Shown here piece after piece: positions 37,991-48,800 of a stretch of DNA of 50,203 nucleotides. Numbering within the stretch: position 1 is the stretch's first letter; every line of letters starts with the position of its first letter. This DNA is from Basidiobolus meristosporus CBS 931.73 (taxonomy: Eukaryota > Fungi > Basidiobolomycota): NCBI GenBank assembly GCA_002104905.1, contig MCFE01000643.1:1-50203 (forward strand), given 5' to 3'. Under the pieces are notes generated by a model. The model was not told the origin of the DNA. It made no database searches and was given only the letters and a program-made list of their open reading frames with translations. The position numbers and the translations under genes are program-made.

Positions 37991-39158
37991 TTGTACATGG
38001 GCATTTCAAGCTAAATGAGCCCTCTGAGATACTGGAAAATTTGAAAGAATTGGCAAGATATTACAGAGTATCTGCTACTCTAAGTACTTCTCAGGGACTT
38101 CAATTAATATTCATACGTATATGCAACAATACAAATGCAAAAACTGGATGAACTGGATATGTATTAATTCAAGTGGCATTCTGAAGCCATTCCTACCAAG
38201 AGTACATTGGAAGCATTGGGAGTCATATGTGGACATTGTAGGAATATTTATCCAGAAGCGGATCACCAATGCCAACTTGACGCATCTACAGCTGTTGTGT
38301 GATATGCCAGATTTCTTGTTGTCTCAAGCCAACTTCTACACCATTCAATATGGATTTCACACAAACAAAAGCCAGAGTGCACCTATAAGAGGGACTAGAA
38401 TCCAGCAGGGAGAAGGAATATATTGGCTAAATACCAAGAAGTTCTTTGTGGATATTCAGGAGATATTCTTGGCAGAAGTGGTGACAACCAAGCATATGTT
38501 TGCAAGATGTATATGTTACCAGCAGTACAAGGTATATGGCAACTTTGCAAGTATCACACTAAAAAGCTGTAAAGGTTATGGAAGTATGTCCATTGCGGCA
38601 GGTGTGCACATTTGTAGAGGTTAGTAAGCAGGAGGCCATAGTTTTTTTTTGATTCAAACTACATGTGAAATACCCAAGGTAGTAGTGGGTATGCAAATAA
38701 AGAGGGGTGATTCTACATTGGAATATATGAATTGCACAAGGGGAGGTAGAAAAAGGAAATACCATTTGGTAAATTGGTACGGTAGCATTATACACAACCA
38801 GCAGTAGACCATCATACTGCCAATATTATGCCATCAGAGTTTTGCAGTGAGGCCATCAAAACACTGTCAAGCTTCTTGCCTTACAAGGCTATGGGATGTC
38901 CCGGCCAATTGGATCCACTTAAAATAGTTGTAGAGTGCTAAAAAACCGCAACAATACCATACAGCACTAATAAAATATTGTCAAGTTTTATCCCTTTGTT
39001 TGTTTGTAAAATTTGCCAAGCACTGTGATAATCCTCTCATAAGATTGTTATGAGGGTCACTAATTCCAAGCTGCTGCTATTATGATGGTCTCTAAATTGG
39101 ATCCTGACAGCTGATCCAGATTGGATCCACCCTTGGGACCAGTTTATTTTTCATAGGG
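37991..39158 (+). mobile_element. CACTA/CMC element, copy e (right part only)
   Basis: Near-identical to ~43765-44947 and ends in TTTATTTTTCATAGGG. Its left part was lost together with Copia INT/RT sequence. Confidence 0.9.
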
Positions 39159-39975
39159 CTGCTGTGGCTTTGCTTGCAGATAGTAGATTCTTGGCTATTT
39201 CCTGTACATAGTGTACTTCTTTAAAGGTCAGTGTATGGCTTCCTTCACTGCTCCTGAGGCTTGCTTGGATAGTTTCTTCTCCCATTGCATCAAGTGTTCT
39301 ATTGTTACCCATGAAAACCTTCTTAATTTAAATTTCTTGGTATTGGGTAAAAAGTTCTTTTTGGTGTGTAAGGTGTTGAGATGCTCCAGAGTCAATATAC
39401 CATGTCTGAGAATCCTTGTCAGTGGACATATTTAGTGCAGATGTGAATAGTCTATCTCCAGTTGTTGCAGCATTTACACTTTCAGACCTCTTTTTCTGAT
39501 TATCTCTCTTTTTGAGACACCGGTCTGATGATTGTCCTTTCCTTTTGCAGTGGTTGCAAAACAGGTTGTTGTTGCCTTCTTAGGGTCTTGATACCTCCTT
39601 TGTTGGTTATCATTGGCTATTAAAACTTTTTCTCTTTCCTTCTTCCCTATGAAAAATTATTGAGATGATCCTGTCAAAAGACTGTCACAAAGTTAATGTC
39701 CCATGACTGAGAGGTACCAATCTTGTCAGGACACTGTCCAGAGACTGTTGAAAAATAATTGCACCCCAGATTTCATAAAAAACTTTGTCAAAATTTTTCA
39801 TCACAACAATGTATAAGTGGCTTTTGATTGGTTCCCTGCCAATTTGCTCACTTTCTGATCCTGGACACTCTATTGCCTCCTACATTTGTGTGAGTTGATT
39901 GGCTATTGCCTCTTTTTCACACTCCTTACTTCCTGACTCAACCGTTTCTTTTACTTTTCATGCTTACAAATTGAT

Positions 39976-42013
39976 TCATTTCTGTTGAAACTTCAGTTGT
40001 ACCTTAATTGCCAATTGTATTGACCTATACAAGTCTCTATACCCTACACTAACATTAAGCCCAATCCCACACTCAATAAGTATTTTTGCCGTAATTCTCT
40101 GGTTCCACAACTTTGGCAGGAACCCAATAGCTTTATACCACTGTTCATTCACTGGTTCCCACATGTCCTGGTCTTCAGCCAGCACTGCAAGGTCTAGCTC
40201 CTCATCTGCCAGCCTTTGCAATAAATCCTTGCAATATTGCAGTGCATTTTCTTGAGCACTGCTCTTGAAGAAGTGCTGCAACCTCTTGGTGTGCCTATTA
40301 ATGTTCCAAAACTCCACTGAAGACATTCTGATGGTCTTTCAAGCTCTTGACATTGTAGCCTTGTCTGTCAGTGGGATCTCCACTCTGTCAACAATGGAGG
40401 CTGTGGAGGCTGTGGTGACAAATTGCCTTTTTCAGCAAACTCATCTACCTTGCTGGAGTGTAGCTCAACTGGCTGTGCTTCCAACTCTTGTGAAAACAGC
40501 TGTTTTCTTGTTGGTAATTCTTCTTGGCTATGATGGGATTCAGTCTGTTCCAGGCTTGTTGTGTTAATTGGCAAGAACTGCAGTTTTTTTTGCATTCCTC
40601 CCTGTCTCAGGCTTGGGTAGACATCTTTCCCTTTACCTTTTCCTTTATCACTGCCAGGTCTTTCACTGCTACTTTGTCTGAGTGCTTCTTGTAAAGAACT
40701 ACACTTTCTCCTGCATGAATTCTGCTCTGACATACCTGTTTTGGCCTGCTTGTCCCTTGCTGGCACTCTTCTGGCAACATGAAGTTTCTTTTCAGCTTGT
40801 TTTGAGCTCTCAACCGTAGTTGTGATAGGCTCCTGTAAAAGCGGCTGGTTTTTATCACTGCCAGGTCCTTCACTGCTACTTTGACTGGGTGCTTCTTGAG
40901 TGATACTATGCTTTTTCCTTGATGAATGTTGTGCTGGCGCATCCATATCTGCCTGCTTGTCCTTAATTGGCACTCTTCCAGCTGCCTGATGTCTCTTTGA
41001 CGCTTGTCTAGAGCTTTTAGCCCTGCTTGTAATGGGCTCTTGAGGAAGCCGCTGGTTTTTAGCCATGGCACCCTTGTTCTTCTGCCTTTGATAGTTTCTG
41101 CTATTCTTAAGATACTTTCTTAGCATACCAATGCTGGCCCAAAATCCCTTTGCCTGTTTGAATCCAGGATAATGCTCATGGAACAAGTCAAGTGCATTCT
41201 GCTTGGCCTTGAGTTCCTGATGGTCCCATGGTATGCCGGCCTTAAGGTGATGGCGTGCTAGACTTCTGATGGCCTCTGGTATATTAGCCCACTCTTCATT
41301 ATTGCACTCAATGGCTTCACAGATCTTTAATGTCTTTTGATTTTTAGGCTTTGGTATAAACATCACATTGTCTCCCTCCCATGCTGTGATAGATTTTTCT
41401 GTGGGCTTTATCTTTGGGCACTGTTGTTGTGCTTCAAAGACTCTATGGTGCTCCTCTGCTGTTACATCAGGAAATGGCTCAATTCTTGGCTGCAACATTG
41501 AGCTACTTGAGTTCTTTCTTGCAGCAAAGTTACTGCTTGCTCTACCTGGGATATTGATTGCTCTACACATATTATCCGCTCATCCTGTTTCTGGACTACT
41601 TCCTGACTTCTCTGGGCTATTGCATCTATCCTATCAGCCACTGCACCTAATTGCTTCATTAATGCTTTGGTATGAGCTGACAACATACTTGCTAATATGG
41701 GTGGTGGTGATGTTATCATGGCCACTTGCTGATCTTCAACAGAGGGTACTGCATTTGCTACATTCTCATCTGCCTGAGCATAACGGTCAGCTTGTGGCTC
41801 CGCAGAGGTTCTCAATTGCCTGCTTGACTGAGAGCTTGAGGAGTCTGCATTATTACCTTCAATGGGCACACTGTCCACAGAGCCTTTTTTGGATGTAGCC
41901 CTGCTTGTTGCACTGAATGTCAATGCAAGCTGTTGTCCAACTGTTCTTCAGTTGCCATCAGCGGTGGGGTTTGGTTGAGAACCAGACAACTTTACTTTAT
42001 TTTTTAGCGGCAT
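39976..42013 (-). pseudogene. CACTA accessory gene of unknown function (~680 codons ancestrally)
   Basis: ORFs 41462..41923, 40368..41570 and 39976..40326 join across frameshifts. The start MP(L/P)KNKVK is shared with 26117 and resembles 3234. Confidence 0.75.
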
Positions 42014-42235
42014 ATATATGGAAGTGAGTCAAACCAAAGGGGAAATAGTGTTACATATACGTGTGTATGTGGTGCCACAACTTTATTTACAATGCTTACT
42101 ATGGCAGGTCATCATTGAATCTTACATTCATGTAGGTGCAATGTCTCAAATACAAAACTGTCTTAAGTTCACATGAGTATTGACCAAAAAGTGATATAAT
42201 AGCATTATGTTGTTGAAGGTCAAACTGTTTGCCCC

Positions 42236-44385
42236 ATGGACAAGACTACTTTGACTCAACGCCGTAAGAGAAGAGAAAAAAGACCATGTGGCTATTGTGG
42301 CAAGCCTCTCAGCCATGAAGCACACAGACAGCATAGGAAGTATTACAAGGATCACAGCCAGTGTTTTGCCACCCAAGTCATATTTGACCATTCATTGGTC
42401 ACTAATGTACCAACATTATCTTGCCAGCCAGTTGATACTTCTATATTGGCACCTGGCTGTCTTTGTCACCTTGCGCAAACTGAGTCAGGTGAGTTTGTGA
42501 TGCCTTTAGGCTCACCTCAGCCTTCTGAATATGGCATGCAGAGTGATAGCTCTGACAAAGAAGGCTCACTGATGGATTTTGAGCCTATATCCCCTAACAA
42601 CAGTACCATGTATGAGCCCAGTCAAATCCCTATATGCAATGAGACAACACCCCTTGAAACAAATGCCAAGGATACTTTATGGAGCTAAGTGAGCCCAGTA
42701 ATCCATCTACTGGTGAATGATGTGATGTTGTGGCTAGAGAAGTGGCTCATTTCCACTAATATCAGTAATGGGGGCTTTGAGGATTTATTACTACTTCTTG
42801 CCAAAATCATACCGGGATGCAACTTACCATGTTTATGGTACAGGTGGACAACCGTCATGCAGCTGGCAACATATGATCCAGAGACAGTCCTGATTCCAGC
42901 ATGTGTTAACAGTTGCGTGGCATTCACATCCAAAAATGCTAACATTGCAATGTGCCCAAAATGTCAGGAATCCACCACCATTGAAGGAAAACATTGTTCA
43001 CACTCTGGATATATTCTGGTCATACCCCATCTAAGGAAGCTGATGCAGTCCAACAAATATTGCAAAGCTATACAGTACCGCACTCAGTATCAATCTAGTG
43101 CATACATATCCAATATATTTGATGGCAAACATTACCAACAGCTAAGAAGCAAGGGCTACTTTGAAGGTATGTATGACCATGCCTTTGCTTTAGCACTTGA
43201 TGAATTCCCATTAAACAAGTACTCTACCAGCAAATCCTGTTGGCCACTGATTCTCATCAACCTGAATCTGCCGCCCATCTTATGGTATCAGAGCAATAAT
43301 CTGATGGTAGTCTCTCTGGTATCTGGGCCTAAATCACCATCCAATCTGGATAGCTACCTGTATCCATTGCTGAATGAATTTTGTATGCTTTCCAGCAGGA
43401 TAATGGTAAATGGCCATCATGTAAAAGCGCATATTATTATCTGCATTGGAGATACCCCAGCCATCAGCAAAATAGCAGGTTTTTCTGGGCACAATGGACA
43501 ATATTGCTGTTAAATGTGTGAGATCCAGGGGATTTACTCCATAACTCACACACATTATTATTACCCAAACACCAGCACTAAGAACATCATCTTTCCACAG
43601 AGAGAACATACAGAAGTAAGCAAGCTATAAGCCATTGGCCGGAATATGAAATCAATTGGAAACCAGTGATACTTAAGATAGAGGGTATCTGTTGGAGCAA
43701 AAGCTTTCCACTGGGAGCAATGCATTTGCTTTTCAACAATATCCCTATACTGATGACCAAGTTGTACATGGGGCATTTCAAGCTAAATGAGCCCTTCAAG
43801 ATACTGGAGAAATTTGAAAAAATTGGCAAGATATTACAGAGTATCTGCTACCCTAAGTTCTTCTCACAGGCTCCAATCAATATTCATACTCATATGCAAC
43901 AATACAAATGCAAGGACTGGATGAACTGGATATGTATTTATTCAAGTGGCATTCTGAAGCCATTCCTACCAAGAGTACATTGGAAGCATTGGGAGTCATA
44001 TGTGGACATTGTAGGAATATTTATCCAGAAGCAGATCACCAATGCCAACTTGACGCATCTGCAGCTGTTGTGTGATATGCCAGATTTCTTGTGGTCACAA
44101 GCCAACTTCTACACCATTCAATACAAAATTCACATAAACAAAAGCCAGAGCGTACCTATAAGGGGGACTAGAATCCAGCAGGGAGAAGGAATATATTGGC
44201 AAAATACCAAGAAGTTCTTTGTCAATATTCAGGATGAATTTATGGCAGAAGTGGAAATAACCAAGCATATGTTTGCAAGATGTATATGCTACCAGCAGTA
44301 TAAGGTATATGGCAACTTTGCAAGTATCACACTAAAAAGCCGTAAAGTTGAGGTGCTAGAAGTATGTAAATTGCGGCTGGTGTGA
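42236..44385 (+). pseudogene. tnp2 / Transposase_21-type (CACTA/EnSpm) transposase
   Basis: An N-terminal CGYC..H..H motif is followed by NIFDGKHY, ALD, CWPLILINLNLPP, GPKSP..YLYPLLNE, GDTPAISKIAGFSGHNG and AMHLLFNN. The stops at 42686 and 43511 are CAA in other copies. Confidence 0.9.
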
Positions 44386-45865
44386 ACATTTCTAGAGGCT
44401 AGTAAGCAGGAGGCCATAATTTTTTTTTATTCAAACTATATGTGGAATACCCAAGGTAGTAGTGGGTAAGCAAATAAAGAAAGGTGATTCTACAGTGGAA
44501 TATATGAATTGCACAAGGTGAGGTAGAAAAAGGAAATACCATTTGGTAAATTGGTATGGTAGCATTATACAGAACCAGCGGCAGGCCAACATACTGCCAA
44601 GAAAAAGCCATTAGAGTCTTGATGTGAGGCCATCAAAATACCGCCAAGTTTCTTGCCATATAAGGCAATTGGAAGTCCTGGCCAACTGGATCCACTTAAA
44701 ATAGTAATAGAGCACTGAAAGACCGCAACAATGCCATGCAAATATTGTCACAGCACTGATCAAAAATTGTCAAGTTTTATCCCTTTATTTGGCTGTAAAA
44801 TTCACAAAACACCGTCATGATCTTGTTATAAGATCATCAGGAGGGTCACTAATTCCAAGCTGCTGTTATTATGATGGTCTCTAAATGGGATCTTGACAGA
44901 TGATCTGGATTGGATCCACCTGCAGGACCAAATTATTTTTCATAGGGCTTATTGGTGCTTGATTTTCTTGATTCTTCATCCAGGAACCTTCCATATAGGT
45001 ATTTTAAGGACAAATATTTAGTTCTGGACTCTAGGGCTAATACAAGGCCCTGAAACATGTCTGTTAGGCTATTCAGGATGGTAACTATCACATCCTCATC
45101 AGTAGTTGGTATGCCCATAGATTCCATCTCATCAACCAGCAGGATAATCTGTTAATTAGATTTTTCATTTCTTCTCCTTGCTGCATCCTTATAATAAAGA
45201 ACTTTTGTATCAGATACATTTTCTTAGCAGCTGAACATGACTGGTAGGTGTCTTCTAATGCTCTCCAGGCATTCTTTGCCATTTTTGCTCTTGAGCATTG
45301 AATTAGCAATTTGTCTTTGACATTGAGGCAAATGCAGTCAAAGGCACTTTGCTCTTTCTTCTAGTACTTTAAGGCTTCCTCTGCCACATTTTTAGGAGGA
45401 CATTCTTCTCCCATGAAAATATCCTAAAGGCCTCTTTCTTGTAGCAGCATCTTCATCTTCACCTTCCACACTTGATAGCTAGATCTATCCAAATTTTCAG
45501 CCAAGGGAAAAATTCCATGAGTAGCAGTAGTAGACATTGCAGAGAGTGACAGATTGGGGCTCATACCTGTTGTAAGAGTCTTGGAGATATTTGAAGTGAT
45601 TGGGAGAACAAGTAGATTATGTGGTTTTCACTTGAAGATTTATCAAGTGTAAAAGTAGTATATACACTTTTACATAGTCTTGGCATTAGAAGAATGTAAA
45701 ATAGACCAAGGAAGGTCCCAAGAGCATGTGTGCAAAGTTTGGGGCCTTTTGGACAACTTTGAGAATGCTCATGTTCTGGGTACCTGGTATTTAGGTGAAA
45801 ATATTCCAAGTGAATCCCAATCAGGAATTTGGTCAGTATTCTCTGGGATTTGAAGGCAATGATCT

Positions 45866-48800
45866 TGTTGTAAAAATTTGTATTTCCACCTAAATATTTG
45901 CCTAACTTAGTCACTTAGATCATTACCTTTAAATCCTAGAAAATACCAACCAAATTCCTTGTTGGGATTTACTTAGAATATTTTCACCAAAATACCAGGT
46001 ACCCAGAACATGAAAATTCTCAAAGTTGTCCAAACCGCCCCAAACGTTGCACACATGCTCTTGGGACCTTCCTTAACCTATTCTACATGTTTGTAATGCC
46101 AAGAGCAGGTAAAAGTATAAATACTACTTTTACATTCAATAAATCATTAAGTGCAAACCACATAATCTACTTGTACTCCCAATCACTTCCAATATCTCCA
46201 AGACTCTTACAACAGGTTATGAGCCCCAGGCTGTCACTCTCTGCAATGTCTACTACTGCTATTACTGGAATTTTTCCCTCTGCTGAAAAGTTGGATGAAT
46301 CTAACTACCAAGTGTGGAAGGTGAAGATCAAGATGCTGCTACAAGAAAGAGGCCTTTGGGATATTGACATGGGAGAAGAATGCCCTCCTAAAAAACGTGG
46401 GAGAGGAAGCCTTAAAGTACCAGAAGAAAGAACAAAGTGCCTTTAACTGCATTTGCCTTAATGTCAAGGACAAATTGCTAATTCAATGCTCAAGAGCAAA
46501 AATGGCAAAGAATGCCTGGAAGGCATTAGAAGACACCTACCAATCATCTTCAGCTGCCCAGAAAATGTATCTGAGACAAAAATTCTTTACTACAAAGATG
46601 CTGCCAGGAGAAGAAATGAAAAATCTAATTAACAGAATTACCCTGCTGGTAGATGAGTTGGAATCTGTGAATGTACCAACTACTGATGAGGATGTGATAG
46701 TTACCATCCTGAATAGCCTGACAGACAGGTTTCAGGGCCTTGTATCAGCCCTAGAGTCCAGAACTGAAGATTTGACCTTAAATTACGTATATGGAAGGCT
46801 CCTGGATGAACAATTAAGAAAATCAAGCGCCAATAAGAAGGAAGAAGAAAATTCTTTAATAAGCAATGGTAACAAGCAAAGGAGGTACCAAAGACCCTAC
46901 AAAGGCAACAGCAACCTATTTTGCAACAACTGCAAAAGGAAAGGACACACATCAGACCGGTGTCTCAAAAAGAGAGATTATCAGCAAAAGAAGCCTGAAT
47001 ATGGAAATGCTGCAACAACTGAAGATAGACTATTCATATCTGCACTAAATATGACCACAAACAAGGATTCTCAGACATGGTACATTGACTCTGGAGTATC
47101 TCAAAATTTACACACTAAAAAGAACTTCTTACCCAATATCAAGAAATTCCAATTAGGAAGGTTTTCATGGGTGACAATACAACACTTGATGCAGTGGGAG
47201 AAGGAACTATCCAAGCAAACCTTAGAAGCAGTGAAGGAAACCATACACTGACCTTTAGAGAAGTGCTCTATGTACCAGAAATAGCCAAGAACCTACTCTC
47301 TGTAAGCAAGGCCACAGCAGAAGGACTGAGTTTCAGTTTTGACAATTCTGGATGCAGGATCACTGATCAAAATGGTGCCCATATTGCTTTGGGCATCAGA
47401 GATCAGAATCTATACAAGTTGACTTATATTCCATCATATTTGGAATCCAATATAAGTAACTTAAATGAAGAAACACCAATGCTTTGGCACAGGAGATTTG
47501 GACACATCAATTTTGATTATTTGCGCAAAATGATCAAAGATCAGCTAATTTCTGGAGTGAAAATTGATCCCCCAGCTAATTTGGAGCACTGTGAAGCCTG
47601 CATATATGGGAAACAAGCCAGACAACCGTTCAATAGCTCTGGGTTAGTCAAAACTAAGAAAAAATTAGATCTAATTCACTCAGATCTGTGTGGACCTATG
47701 CAAAATTCATCCTTAGGCGGGATGAAGTATTTAATCACTTTTATTGATGATTATACAAGATACACATGGGTCTACTTCATGGAGAGAAAGGAAGAAGCTC
47801 TGTCTAAGCTCAGGGAGTTTAAAGTCATGGTGGAGAGAGAAACTGGTGGAAAAATCAAGAAAATACGCTCTGACAATGGTGGAGAATATACCTCAAAACT
47901 CTTCATCCACTTCTGCAAAATTCATGGGATAAAGCAAGAGACTACTGTACCATACTCCCCACAGCAAAATGGAGTAGCAGAACAAGCTAACAGATCAATA
48001 ATTGATATGGCAAGATATACAATCCATGATCAAAAATTATCCTATGATTTTTGGGCGGAATCAGTTGCCACTGCTGTATACCTTAAAAATAGGAGTTATA
48101 ACAGAATACTTCGTGATTCTACTCCATTTGAAGCATGGTATGGATACAGACTAAGTGCAGAACATCTAAGAATATTTGGGTGTACAGCATATGCCAAAAA
48201 ACTGGCCGGAAATCAGTCAAAATTTGAGCCAAAAAGTGTAAAATGCATATTTTTGGGCTACTGAAATGAGAGTAAGGCATACAGACTCTACAATACCAAA
48301 GCAAAGAAGCTGATCAAGTCCAGGGATGTGTTGTTTGATGAAAATTCAAAATTTTCACTAAAAATGACATCAGATGATGATAAACATTTGATCTCAAGTC
48401 CACCAATTGTAAGGATTGAATCAGAGCAAAACAATGAAAATTTTTTCACTCCAGAGGACTCTACAACTGTGGTTCAGCCAGAATCAGTGCCCAGGAATAT
48501 CCCAGAAGTGATCATTCCAGTATCAAATGCCTGGAGATCCAATTGGACAAGAAATAGCGTAAACTACTATCTCAATGAGGGTACAAACTTAGCCTATGCC
48601 TATTCAGTCCATATTGATGAACCCCAGACTGAAAAAGAGGCCCTAAATAGCCTACAGACAAAGTTTTGGAGATCTGCAATGACTGAGGAATATCAGGCCC
48701 TGATGGAAAATCAAACTTGGACTTAGTCAAGTTACCAATCAACCAAAAATCAATTGGATGCAGATGGGTCTTCAAGACAAAATACAAGGCGGATGGTACA

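Larger units (their letters stand above)
39645..44947 (+). mobile_element. CACTA/CMC DNA transposon, copy f (both ends present, 5303 bp)
   Basis: 13-bp TIR CCCTATGAAAAAT and 3-bp TSD CTT (39642-39644 and 44948-44950). Removing the element and one CTT restores Copia gag as seen at ~46830. Confidence 0.95.
37062..45865 (-). mobile_element. Copia copy C (heavily interrupted)
   Basis: Partial 3' LTR at 37062-37266, RT/RNH at 37267-37990, gag/PR at 39159-39644 and 44948-45550, PBS at ~45553-45567 and 5' LTR at 45568-45865, cut by copy D. Confidence 0.92.

Noticed and set aside
40265-41898. Plus-strand ORFs 40265..40567 and 41368..41898, and similar ones (43334..43609, 1715..1969, 14643..14849)
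   Set aside because: These are antisense shadows of TE genes. They recur only because the element is repeated.
3875-45865. GATC(C/T) target preference for the Copia family
   Set aside because: The other TSDs are GTAGA, ATTCC and probably ATTTG, so there is no consistent motif.
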